From an uncultured delta proteobacterium (GTDB lineage: Bacteria; Myxococcota_A; Polyangia; Fen-1088), in contig CAWCMR010000005.1 in NCBI GenBank assembly GCA_963796685.1, positions 128,001 to 192,000 on the forward strand: DNA of 64,000 nucleotides, given 5' to 3'. Positions 10,867-20,321 of this stretch are shown in pieces. A model generated the notes under the pieces. The model saw only the letters and a program-made list of their open reading frames with translations. It was not told the origin of the DNA and did not search any database. A program made the translations under genes and the position numbers. Numbering within the stretch: position 1 is the first letter of the stretch; each line of letters begins with the position of its first letter.

Positions 10867-13212
10867 TCAGTTGGGTTGGCAGACAGACCTCTTCGTGGTG
10901 TAGCCGCTGAGAGTAATGCCCAATTCCGAGGAGGTCGGGTGCCGATTGGCTCCGAAAATTGCGATTTCGTAGACCCGTCCAGTGGTAAGTCCAAGCTTTA
11001 CCGTTCCGGTCTTGAAATCGTCTGGTGACACCGCAGCTGGCGAGGTCTTCCCGCTGTTGGTAACGGTGCAGGCGGTCGACCCGGCGCTGGCGCCGGTCTG
11101 ATTTCCAGCGGCATCGAGACAGCCACCTGCCGTGTAGGTCGCATCGCCGGGGTCACCGGTGATGGCAACTTTTCCAGGTAACGACTGGTGAACGCCACCG
11201 AGATCAAGGACCAGGACACCGTTGATGAAGATAAAGAGATCATCGGCACCGTAGAGGTTGAGAGTGATACCGGTGGCGCCGTCATACACAAAGTAGTAAC
11301 GAGCTTCCATGGTGAAATAGAAGTCATGCTTGACCCCTGGGACAGCCGTCACCCAGCAGCCGTCGGTGAGCGTGGACCCGCTTGGACAATCAGCCGCCGT
11401 GACCAGGGGCGGAAAGAGATACTGGTCGCCCGCGCATGTCGTCCAGATGGCACTTCCGTTGCCGTGGTTCCAGTAGGGCCACAAGTTGCACAGCGTGGCC
11501 TGGGAAGCATTGAGCGTATCGAGCGGGAAGAATCCACCCTGAGCCAGGTGTGATTGGCTCGCGTACCGGTAGATATTCGTCCCGATGCTGGCCATCTCGA
11601 TCACTCCCGTGAAGGTCTTGTTCACCGTGCTGTCATCGTTGAACCATTGGTTGAAGCTCGTCGCATCCTTGTATGCGGGCACAGTGCCCGCCCAGATTGG
11701 GCCTGAGGGGCTGCTGGCGGTGTAGCCGGTGATGGTGCCGCTGGATACGCCAGCGTTGCCGGTCACGCTGACCGCCGAGCCGGCATTTCCGCCGAGATAA
11801 TCGCCCGCGCCATCGGAGAGCGGGCTGTCGCTGGCGGCCCGGGTGTAGTTGCCGGGAATCCTACTTGAATTCCCGATGTTCCAGTCGCTGAACTGGCAAG
11901 CGCAGGTCTTCGTGGTTCCCGGCTGCGGTTTGCCTTTGGACAAGGTGTCCGCCATGATCCCCCAGCAACGCGTGGTCGAGTCATTACCTTTCGACGGCCC
12001 GCCCGAGTTCGGAACGCAAATGGTCGTGGGTGACGTGGAGCCGGACTTCTTCGCGCCCAAAAAGAAGAAATCCGGGTGGCCTCCCGAGGCGACGTTCTCG
12101 GGCTGGAAATCGCGGTAGGTGACGGGCAGCTCCAGGCACTGGCCTGAACCCGATTGGCAGGTCGAGGAGTCCTGGACGATCTGGGTCGAGCAAGTGAAGC
12201 CATTCTCTATCTGGCAACTCGACGAACAGCCATCGCCACTCGTCAGGTTTCCATCGTCGCAGGCTTCACCTGGATCGATGTTGCCGTCGCCACACGCCGA
12301 CGTGCATGCTTGCGTCTTGCCAGAGCTGTCCTGGCAGGTCGGCTCCTTGGTGCAGGTCTTGGAGCAACCCCTACCGTCGCCATAGAACAGACCGTTCACC
12401 GCTTTGCAGCCGGTGGGTAGTCTCGTCGAATCGACGCCGCAGTCGCATAACTCGCCAGGCTCCACAACGCCGTTGCCACAAGTGTTTGAGGGCGGGACGA
12501 CCGACAATCCGCCTGTGCCAACCGTGCCACCCGCGCCGGTGACTCCTCCCATTCCTGCTATCCCGCCCGCGCCCGTGACGCCGCCACTTGGCAACACCCC
12601 TCCAGTACCAACGCCGCCAGAGCCCCCCGTTCCGTAGAAGCCTCCCGTTCCTGCCGTTGGAGCATCGAGGTGAAGGCCACCGGCGCCACCCATTCCGGCC
12701 ACATCGCCGTCACTAAACACAGGGGCATCAAAGTGACCGCCCCCCCCATCCACTGCTCCAGTCGTTCCCCCGTCCCCTTCAACGTCGCGTGAGTCGCTTG
12801 CATCCGATTCCAAGACCCCGGCGTCTCCGTCGTTTCCAGGGCCAAGGACGACTGTGATGTTGGTCTGTCCTCCGGTGACGATAGGTGCGGCGCTCTCTCC
12901 ATGTGAGACTAGGCCGCCAGCCGAATTCAATGCGTCTATGGCGATGCTAATGGTCCCGCTGCTCGAATGCGGCAGGTCCAAGACGAACGTCGCACCGGGA
13001 GAAAAGCTGATAGGGGCCGTGGAGCTCGTTCTCGGGAACAGCTCAATGTCGGTCCTTCCAGCGTAGGCGAGGTTCACGCGGAGCTGCGTTACAGGAGGCA
13101 GCCCCGCTGGGGCTGTCGCGGTGACGTAGACCACCGAATCCGACTCCGTCTTGCTGCATCCCTCACCGATGAGGGCGGCGCAAAGGACGAGAATCGCGCC
13201 TGTTCGTTTCAT
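10867..13212 (-). CDS. Fibro-slime domain lipoprotein with myxobacterial Cys-rich repeats
   Basis: Start MKRTGAILVLCAALIGEG-C overlaps the upstream stop (ATGA). Gly-rich linker, CGNGVVEPGELCD and CGDGNIDPGEACDDGN repeats, fibro-slime motif DDLFIFINGVLVLDLGGVH. Confidence 0.88.
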   Translation of the reverse strand: MKRTGAILVLCAALIGEGCSKTESDSVVYVTATAPAGLPPVTQLRVNLAYAGRTDIELFPRTSSTAPISFSPGATFVLDLPHSSSGTISIAIDALNSAGGLVSHGESAAPIVTGGQTNITVVLGPGNDGDAGVLESDASDSRDVEGDGGTTGAVDGGGGHFDAPVFSDGDVAGMGGAGGLHLDAPTAGTGGFYGTGGSGGVGTGGVLPSGGVTGAGGIAGMGGVTGAGGTVGTGGLSVVPPSNTCGNGVVEPGELCDCGVDSTRLPTGCKAVNGLFYGDGRGCSKTCTKEPTCQDSSGKTQACTSACGDGNIDPGEACDDGNLTSGDGCSSSCQIENGFTCSTQIVQDSSTCQSGSGQCLELPVTYRDFQPENVASGGHPDFFFLGAKKSGSTSPTTICVPNSGGPSKGNDSTTRCWGIMADTLSKGKPQPGTTKTCACQFSDWNIGNSSRIPGNYTRAASDSPLSDGAGDYLGGNAGSAVSVTGNAGVSSGTITGYTASSPSGPIWAGTVPAYKDATSFNQWFNDDSTVNKTFTGVIEMASIGTNIYRYASQSHLAQGGFFPLDTLNASQATLCNLWPYWNHGNGSAIWTTCAGDQYLFPPLVTAADCPSGSTLTDGCWVTAVPGVKHDFYFTMEARYYFVYDGATGITLNLYGADDLFIFINGVLVLDLGGVHQSLPGKVAITGDPGDATYTAGGCLDAAGNQTGASAGSTACTVTNSGKTSPAAVSPDDFKTGTVKLGLTTGRVYEIAIFGANRHPTSSELGITLSGYTTKRSVCQPN

Positions 13213-14009
13213 GGGAACACCGTCCTTGCACCAAGGGTTGAGCTGGGGTTCTTCGTGCCACTGCCAGAAGACGAAAGGACGATGGCCGTAACCGTGCCAG
13301 CCGCCACAACCGCACCAACCCCGGTCCAGAACCACCACGTCGTATAGAACGCAGATGAGCCACCGGCTTCCTTGCGCGGCGTCGCTGCCGTCAGATCCAA
13401 CCCGGCCGGCTGTATCGCAGGTGTAAACGAACGCTGCGAAGCTGGCTGCTCGGCCGGCGGGGAAGGCTTGGCCGTCGGGAGTTGAGCCGGCTCAGGGAGC
13501 AATGGTGGTGGTGGTGGAACATAGGCGGGTTGCGGAACCGGGATGGGTGGCGGACTTGCCTTCACCTTCGCCGCAGGCGGTTGTGGTTGGGCGGCGGCGG
13601 GCTTGTCGAACGGGTCGTAGTTGGAGTTGAGCCCAGCCTCGATGTTGCGAATGCGGGCCTCGACCTGCGTGCGGTTGGGATCGTCTGGAGGCGACTTCTT
13701 CAAGAACTGCTGGAAGAAGTCCAGGGCTTCGGCATTCTTGTCCAGCTTTCGGTAGCACTGGCCGATATTGAACAGGAAGGCGGCGTCCGGCTTGGCGACG
13801 TAGGCAGCCTTGTATTCCTTCAAGGCCTCCTCATACTCGCGGACTTCATATAGGCGCGTGGCGGTCTCGTAGTGCGCTCTCGCAATAGTCTTGTCGCTCT
13901 CTCCTGCCTGGGCAGGCAAGGCAAGTGAGACACAAAAAGCGGCGACGATTACGCCCCCCATCCGGCGCACCATCGACTGCTTCCATCCAGCATAGCTCAC
14001 CACGTACAT
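13209..14009 (-). CDS. Exported TPR protein with Pro-rich linker and C-terminal TM anchor
   Basis: Signal ending ALPAQA, TPR AFLFNIGQCYRKL, C-terminal FYTTWWFWTGVGAVVAAG. The true start may lie a few codons downstream. Confidence 0.85.
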   Translation of the reverse strand: MYVVSYAGWKQSMVRRMGGVIVAAFCVSLALPAQAGESDKTIARAHYETATRLYEVREYEEALKEYKAAYVAKPDAAFLFNIGQCYRKLDKNAEALDFFQQFLKKSPPDDPNRTQVEARIRNIEAGLNSNYDPFDKPAAAQPQPPAAKVKASPPPIPVPQPAYVPPPPPLLPEPAQLPTAKPSPPAEQPASQRSFTPAIQPAGLDLTAATPRKEAGGSSAFYTTWWFWTGVGAVVAAGTVTAIVLSSSGSGTKNPSSTLGARTVFP

Positions 14010-14319
14010 GCCGGCATGGTATCACCGACTCTGGACGGTGGCTGCCAGCGCCGTTGCAAATTCGTGTCGGTCCGAATCCTACAGACCGCGACCTTGGGGC
14101 AAACCGTATTCCGTTCCCGTCGCTCTAGAGGCTACGAGTCTGAGGGCTGTCGGGCTGACCAGCCTGGTTGGCCAAGGATGGCATCGAGACATCTTCGGCC
14201 GAGGTCATGCCCTTGTGCTTCCGGCGCCCAGGTATCGGCGGTGATCATGCTTTCCGGCGGCTGCTATACGTGGACGGTTATCAAGTCGACCGAATTGCCA
14301 AAGCTCAATGGCGCCCAAC

Positions 14320-14444
14320 CCAGGCAAGGCACGCAGCAACTTCTCTATCGGCGTGCCGACAGCGTCTGCCGCCTTGGCGATGAATCCTGGATTCTCCAGC
14401 AGGCTCTTCGCTCGGGCCAGAGCGGCCAGGTCCGTCTCGGTCAT
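14320..14444 (-). pseudogene. EcsC-family protein N-terminal fragment
   Basis: MTETDLAALARAKSLLENPGFIAKAADAVGTPIEKLLRALP resembles EcsC N-termini; similarity ends after about 41 aa. Confidence 0.55.
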
Positions 14445-14741
14445 GCTTGGCTGCTCAGGCGCCCAAATCCGATGCGGGTTGGCTTTGCCATGCGGTCTCC
14501 TCCCGGTAACCTCTTCGGCTGATTATGGTACCATCATAGCGCGTGACAGAGCCTTTCCACGCGTCGAGGACGAACCATGCGGTGCCAGGGCGATCGAAGA
14601 GGCAGCGTGTGTAGCTGCTCAAACGGTCGATGGATTTGCCTGGGCTGAAGCCCACAAAGGCCGACATCGCAGCCCCTGACGTGCCCCGTAACACCGGACG
14701 ACGTTGGCAAGCGGGCTGCCGGTGCGTACGATACAGGTTCG

Positions 14742-16250
14742 ATGCGTCGTCTATCCTCGTTCCTGGTTGCTTCCATCTTGGTCGCGGTTCCTTCATGCGG
14801 ACGCACGGACCTCCACACCCCGGCTGCCGATGCCGGAGGGACGATGGTTCTTGTCGGTGTGTCAGGTACTGGGGGAGCCTCTGCAGCGGGAGGCGTTGTG
14901 GGCGCCGGCGGGGAAGGCTCAGGGGCTGGCGGTTCGAGCCCAGACACGTGCTACAGCGACAGTGATTGCGTGAGGTGCATCTGGGAAACGGCCCCTTCAG
15001 ATTGGAATGTCTGCGTTGGCTCCTATTGCTGCGGCGGAATGATCACCACTACGGCTCAATGCGAAGCAAACCAGGCGGCATGGAATCGGTATTGTCCTGG
15101 GCAGGTCCCGACTGCGGAAAGTTGTCCGTGCGTCTTTCCGACGTGTCAAGGTCAAGCCATGCCCTCCGTTGCCTGCTCAGGTGGGCGATGCGGTCTTTGG
15201 TGCCCATCTGTCGGCGGTGCTGGTGGCGGTGTCCCAGCGGCAGGAGGCATGATTGGTGCTGGCGGGTCAACCTTGGGCTCTGGCGGCGTGTCGGGCAGCG
15301 GTGGCTATTCGGGAAATGACGGAACTGGAGGCATGGCTGGAGGCATGGCTGGAAGCAACGCTTACGGCACGCCCTGCACAACCAACCAGGACTGCCCGTC
15401 GGATGCGGTCTGCTGTGACGGCTCCGATGAAGCGTGCGATGCCACCAGACTACCGGCTGGTGATGGCCCCAACCCTGGAGAGCTCATCGTCAGCTCGGAT
15501 GGGGCCACCGTGACGGATACAATCACCGGCCTGGTTTGGCAACGCGACGGCTCGGGGTCACGGCCAAACTGCGCGGCTGATCCGGACTGCACTTGGGCCG
15601 AGTCCCAGGCCTACTGTGCATCGCTCACCTTAGGTGGCGTGTCCCGCTGGCGAGTGCCTGCAAGGAACGAACTGGTCACCATCGTGGACTTCACCAAAAC
15701 GAATCCGCCCTCCATCGACGAGACAGCGTTCCCGAACACGCCATACGCGTCATCGGATTGGTTCCAGACGTCGACGTCGGATGCTTCCGCCGGGGGCTGG
15801 AGATGGAATGTCGGATTCTACGATGGCAGATCGGACGGCAGCGAAGTAGGCAGGGTGCGCTGCGTTCGAGGTTCGAGGTGCTTTCCAATCAATCGATTCG
15901 CGATGCTTGATGGCGGACTCGTGCGCGACACCCAAACCAGCCTCGTGTGGCAGCGGCAGGCAGGCCCCTCCATGACGTGGGCGGCAGCCCAGACCTATTG
16001 TTCATCTGCTGGCTCGGGTTTTCGTGCGCCCACAGTCAAAGAGCTGATTTCCCTCGTGGACCTCACAGTGACCTCTGGAGAGACCATCAACCAGGCAGCC
16101 TTTCCGAACATGCCCGTCGCACCTTTCTGGACGTCCTCTCCGAATGAAACTTCCTCCGGCTCGCCATGGCACGTCCTGTTCGGTTGGGGTGGCTACTCGG
16201 ACGGTTTGGACCTGGTGGGCGAGGCGGCCGTCGTGCTCTGTGTCCGGTAA
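14742..16250 (+). CDS. Lipoprotein with two DUF1566 (Lcl C-terminal) domains
   Basis: Lipobox AVPS-C and Gly/Cys-rich region. Two copies of the motif set: VTDTITGLVWQR...TWAESQAYC...WRVPARNEL...VRCVR and VRDTQTSLVWQR...FRAPTVKEL...VLCVR. Confidence 0.88.
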   Translation: MRRLSSFLVASILVAVPSCGRTDLHTPAADAGGTMVLVGVSGTGGASAAGGVVGAGGEGSGAGGSSPDTCYSDSDCVRCIWETAPSDWNVCVGSYCCGGMITTTAQCEANQAAWNRYCPGQVPTAESCPCVFPTCQGQAMPSVACSGGRCGLWCPSVGGAGGGVPAAGGMIGAGGSTLGSGGVSGSGGYSGNDGTGGMAGGMAGSNAYGTPCTTNQDCPSDAVCCDGSDEACDATRLPAGDGPNPGELIVSSDGATVTDTITGLVWQRDGSGSRPNCAADPDCTWAESQAYCASLTLGGVSRWRVPARNELVTIVDFTKTNPPSIDETAFPNTPYASSDWFQTSTSDASAGGWRWNVGFYDGRSDGSEVGRVRCVRGSRCFPINRFAMLDGGLVRDTQTSLVWQRQAGPSMTWAAAQTYCSSAGSGFRAPTVKELISLVDLTVTSGETINQAAFPNMPVAPFWTSSPNETSSGSPWHVLFGWGGYSDGLDLVGEAAVVLCVR

Positions 16251-16408
16251 GACTGACGGACGATGGAGGTGCTTCCTGTCGCCTGTGTACGGCGGGGCAC
16301 TTCGCGCAGGAAGAAGTGACGAAACCTCCTCCTTCGAACGGCATCTGACGTGCGCAGCATAGCTTATGGGGTCGGCGGTCCAAGGGCGGGCAATTTGAAA
16401 ACGAGAAA

Positions 16409-16533
16409 CGGGAGAGCGGCGTTCGGTAGCCAGGAAGGTTTGCGCTCTTGGCTCCGCTGAGGTCGGGCAGGTCGAGCGAGACGGTGGGTGGCGGCCTGAA
16501 CCCTGGCGGCGTAGGCCGACCGTCGCTCTCCCG
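16409..16533 (+). ncRNA. Candidate structured RNA (three-way junction), family unknown
   Basis: Outer stem 16409-16427/16515-16533 closes hairpins 16428-16453 and 16454-16509. Several pairs are G-U on the + strand. Confidence 0.35.
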
Positions 16534-16763
16534 GCGGGTTCCATCCCACGGGCCTTGGAGGCCACAAGGGTGCAACACTATGGACGGCAACCCCACGATG
16601 TAGGCCATCACGTACCTCCTTTCTTGGGAGGGCGATACGGGCGATTTCGTCGAGGGTCTCCGAATCATGCTCGTGTTCCATGTCGCCCGAGCCCTCCAGG
16701 AACCCTCTTCCTTCGAAGATCGCCAAGTGTCCAAGCCTCGCGGTCTTTGCTATTCTGTCGCCG

Positions 16764-17311
16764 TGCAGTTGGTCACCGATGCCGAGGACTTGGAGTTTCG
16801 ATGCGCGACTTCTGCGGACGCGGCCGATGTTGTCGGGTTGGTCGAGAGCGCCTATCGCGGCGATGCGAGTCGGGCGGGCTGGACCACCGAGGCCGATCTA
16901 CTCGACGGACAGCGCACCGACGCCGAGGAGCTGGCCGGCATTCTTGCGGATCCGGACGCGCGCTTGTTGTTGGCCGCGCGCGGGCACGAAATTGTGGGGT
17001 GCGTTCTGCTGCGACGGGAGGCGGTCACTGGCGCGTACATCGGCATGCTGGCCGTGCGCCCGTTCCTTCAGGCGCTTGGAATTGGCAAGCGCCTCCTTGC
17101 CGAGGCGGAGAAGCGCGCTCGCGCCGAGTTTGGGACCAAGCGGTCGAGGATGACCGTCATCGAGCAACGCCAAGATCTCATCGCGTGGTACGTCCGGCGA
17201 GGTTATCGCGTCACGACGCGCACCGAGCCATTTCCCTATGGCAACCCCCGATTCGGATCGCCCAGGCGGGCAGATTTGCGATTCGTGGTCCTCGAGAAGA
17301 CCCTCACGTAG
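16764..17311 (+). CDS. GNAT-family N-acetyltransferase
   Basis: YRGDASRAGWTTEADLLDGQR, IGMLAVRPFLQALGIGKRLL, WYVRRGY. Start uncertain (GTG near 16764). Confidence 0.88.
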
Positions 17312-17343
17312 AAGATTGGCGGGTGCGCCGGCGCGGGCCCCGG

Positions 17344-18396
17344 TTATTGGAATTTGACGTCGTCGATGAGGAGGTCCACGTCGCACGAGGTGCTGTCGGT
17401 GGAGGTGGGAACCGTGACCTGCCACTGCAAGCCCACGACTTGTTTCGCGGCGTCCGTCGACCATTTCGAGAAATCGGCAAGGGCTTTGGTAACGACCGTC
17501 GCGGTGTCGCTCGGCACCACAATCTTGGCGTAGCTCGGGAAGCCGTAGCAGGAGGCGGCGGATGCGTCACAACCGCCGGCCGGATCCGCGGTGGTCGGGC
17601 GCTGAGCCCAGGTCTGGATCTGCAGCTCGAGAGCGCACGTGGACGCGGCCGTACCGGCGAACGAACCCGAAATGGAGAACGACACCGAGCTGAAGGAGGC
17701 GACCGTCGCGCAATCGTTGAAGCTCAGGCCACCGCCGGCGTAGTCGCCCGCCACGACAGAGCCCGTGAGATGCAGCTTCGTGGCAGTCGTATCCACGGAG
17801 CCCTTCATGGTGGAGCCGTTTGCACCATTGTAGCCATACACGCTGCCGTACACGTTGCTCTGGCTGCCCCATTTGCCCGAGCTGATGGAGTAGTCCGAAA
17901 AGTCGGTGATGCCGCCATTGCTGCCATTTGCTGGCGTCACCGGGTTGCTGCAGTCCAAGGCCCCTTGGGACGAGGAGCCGCCCGTGCCGGGCGCCCCGCC
18001 GGAGTCTGCCATGCCACCGCTTCCGGACGAACCGCCGCTGGCGCTGGACCCGCCCTCGCCGGAGCTGCCGCCGGTATCCGAGTTGCCGCCGGTATCCGAG
18101 CTGCCGCCGGTATCCGAGCTGCCGCCGGTATCCGAGCTGCCGCCCTCGCCATTTCCGCCGCTGGCGCTGGACCCGCCGTGTCCGCTCGAACCGCCGGAGC
18201 CCGTATTGCCCCCCGTGCTGGTGGTTCCGCCCGTGTCGGTCCTTCCTCCCGAGCTGGTCGCGCCACCGGAGCCATTACCTCCGCTGCCGGAGGCCCGGTC
18301 AGGGCCTTGTTGCTTGCAGCTCGCCGTTGCCAGCACGAAAGTCACGCTTCCGATCAACACGGTGAAGGTCAATTTCGTCATCGCCGCCGTCCGCAT
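17344..18396 (-). CDS. Lipoprotein with Gly/Ser/Thr linker and a beta-rich, possibly carbohydrate-binding C-terminal domain
   Basis: Lipobox LATAS-C, long GGSS linker, C-terminal VVGLQWQ...VDLLIDDVKF. Confidence 0.75.
   Translation of the reverse strand: MRTAAMTKLTFTVLIGSVTFVLATASCKQQGPDRASGSGGNGSGGATSSGGRTDTGGTTSTGGNTGSGGSSGHGGSSASGGNGEGGSSDTGGSSDTGGSSDTGGNSDTGGSSGEGGSSASGGSSGSGGMADSGGAPGTGGSSSQGALDCSNPVTPANGSNGGITDFSDYSISSGKWGSQSNVYGSVYGYNGANGSTMKGSVDTTATKLHLTGSVVAGDYAGGGLSFNDCATVASFSSVSFSISGSFAGTAASTCALELQIQTWAQRPTTADPAGGCDASAASCYGFPSYAKIVVPSDTATVVTKALADFSKWSTDAAKQVVGLQWQVTVPTSTDSTSCDVDLLIDDVKFQ
18062..18144. repeat. 18-bp coding tandem repeat, about 4.6 copies (DTGGSS)
   Basis: GAGCTGCCGCCGGTATCC units at 18062, 18080 (one mismatch), 18098, 18116 and a partial unit at 18134. 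Confidence 0.92.
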
Positions 18397-18577
18397 ACGC
18401 GAGCCCTTTCCTGACGTCGCTTGTCAGTCATGGTTTGGATCCGCGTACTCCTACCAGCGAACCTTTCACGACACAAGCGCGGTGACTGCGCCCTGAAGTA
18501 CCACCGGCCACGACCCACGACCACGACGTTCTGCGGCTATCGCGGATGATGACTGCGGTTTCCGGCCGAGCCTGATG

Positions 18578-18876
18578 GTGCACGAACGAAAGCCGACCGC
18601 GATAGGCCGGATAGCGTTCGAGCATGCGCTCGACCGCCAGAAGGCGCTCCTCGATTCCCTTGGTGTAGTCGAGCCTGTCCATGCCGAGGCCGAGAATGGC
18701 ATCCACACCGAGGCCCAGCTCTGCGAAGACGCTCTTGCGGCATTCCGCCACCGGCGGTGCGCTGGCCACCCACCGACAGGGCCATTCCAGGGAAATGGGA
18801 TAGGCGCGACCAAGGCCGGCCGGCCGCGCTGGATCACGGCCATCGACTCGCGATCGATGCGGGCCTCGAGGTAGCG
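18578..18876 (-). pseudogene. otsA: Trehalose-6-phosphate synthase (OtsA/GT20) internal fragment
   Basis: RYLEARIDRE..LV/RAYPISLEWP...GMDRLDYTKGIEERLLAVERMLERYP spread over two frames; both termini are absent. Confidence 0.75.
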
Positions 18877-18934
18877 CGGTGGAGACAGCGGGCCGTCTCT
18901 CCATGTATCCTTCCTCGCACAAACCGGAATACCC

Positions 18935-20296
18935 ATGAACAAATCCGTTCTGATCGTGGATGATGACGCCGCCCTGTGCGAGCTGGTCGTGGATGGCCTT
19001 GGACGAGAAGGGTTCGACGTGCACAGCGCCACCACGCCCGAGGCGGCGCTGGCCGCCATGGCGAACGGCGATTTCGAGGCGGCGCTGGTCGACCTCAACA
19101 TGCCCAAGATGAACGGACTAGAGCTGGCCCGACGCCTTCTGGATCAGAGGCCGGACATGCCTATCGTGGTCATCACCGCATTCGGCAGCATGGAGACGGC
19201 CATCTCCGCGATTCGCGCCGGAGCCTACGATTTCGTCACCAAGCCGTTCGAGATGGAGCAGCTCGTGGTGGTGGTCGAGCGTGCCTGTCAGAATCGGCAA
19301 CTGCGCGAGGAAGTGCGCCGTCTGCGCGAAGCGGTCACGGACGCCAGGCCCTTTTCGGACATCTTGGGCGAGTCCTCCGAGGTTCGCCGCATGTGTGGCC
19401 TGATTGATGGCGCCGCCCAAACCGATTCCACGGTGCTGGTGATGGGGGAAAGCGGAACCGGCAAGGAGTTGGTGGCGCGCGCGCTTCACGAACGCGGCCC
19501 GCGCAAAGCCGGCCCCTTCGTGGCCATGAACTGCGCGGCCATGACCGATTCCCTGCTGGAGAGCGAGCTCTTCGGGCATGCCCGCGGAGCTTTCACCGAT
19601 GCCAAGGAAGCCCGCGTCGGACTGTTCGTGAAAGCGGGAACTGGGACGTTGTTCCTGGACGAAATCGGCGACATGCCGGCGGGCATGCAAGCCAAGCTCC
19701 TACGCGCGCTCGAGGCCCGCGTGGTGCGCCCCGTGGGCAGCGACAACGAGGTCCCGTTCCGCGCCCGCATCATCGCGGCGACCAACCGGGATCTCGAGAG
19801 CGAAGTCGAAGAGGGACGTTTCCGGCAAGACCTCTATTTCCGCATCAACGTCATCCGCATCCTGGTCCCGCCGCTACGGTCGCGCGCTGGCGACATCTTG
19901 CTTCTGGCACAGAGCTTTGCCGAAAAGCTCGCCAAGCGCGTGGACAAGAAGGTGACCGGTATTTCCGCGATGGCGGCGGAGCGGCTGCTCGCCTATCCGT
20001 GGCCGGGCAACGTGCGCGAGCTGCAGAATGCCATCGAGCGCGCCGTGGCCCTCACCCACTACGAAGAGCTGGTCGTCGAGGACCTTCCCGAGGCCGTGCG
20101 TTCCTACAAGCGGACGCCCCTGCTGCCCATGGGAGAGGACTCGTCCGAGCTTTTGCCCATGCACGAAGTGGAGAAGCGCTACATCCTGCGCGTCCTCGAA
20201 GCGGTGGGCGGCAACAAAACCTCGGCCGCGCAGATCCTCGGCTTCGACCGCCGTACCATGTACCGCAAGCTCAAGCGTTTCGACCAAAGCAAGTAG
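18935..20296 (+). CDS. Sigma-54-dependent response regulator (NtrC/AtoC family)
   Basis: REC domain (IVDDD, DLNMP), GESGTGKE, ESELFGH-GAFTDA, LFLDEIG, WPGNVREL and a Fis-type HTH. Confidence 0.95.
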   Translation: MNKSVLIVDDDAALCELVVDGLGREGFDVHSATTPEAALAAMANGDFEAALVDLNMPKMNGLELARRLLDQRPDMPIVVITAFGSMETAISAIRAGAYDFVTKPFEMEQLVVVVERACQNRQLREEVRRLREAVTDARPFSDILGESSEVRRMCGLIDGAAQTDSTVLVMGESGTGKELVARALHERGPRKAGPFVAMNCAAMTDSLLESELFGHARGAFTDAKEARVGLFVKAGTGTLFLDEIGDMPAGMQAKLLRALEARVVRPVGSDNEVPFRARIIAATNRDLESEVEEGRFRQDLYFRINVIRILVPPLRSRAGDILLLAQSFAEKLAKRVDKKVTGISAMAAERLLAYPWPGNVRELQNAIERAVALTHYEELVVEDLPEAVRSYKRTPLLPMGEDSSELLPMHEVEKRYILRVLEAVGGNKTSAAQILGFDRRTMYRKLKRFDQSK

Positions 20297-20321
20297 CGAT
20301 AGGGCATACTCACGCCCCGTG

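Noticed and set aside
16409-16533. Pxr sRNA, SRP RNA, 6S RNA or c-di-GMP riboswitch
   Set aside because: The position upstream of a GNAT gene recalls Pxr, but no diagnostic motif of these families and no terminal U-tract was recognisable.
14742-16700. Complete DGR or retron system
   Set aside because: No reverse transcriptase ORF and no template/variable repeat pair is visible in the window.
9453-18900. Prophage or ICE integrated at tRNA-Leu
   Set aside because: No integrase, structural or conjugation genes, and no att duplication was found.
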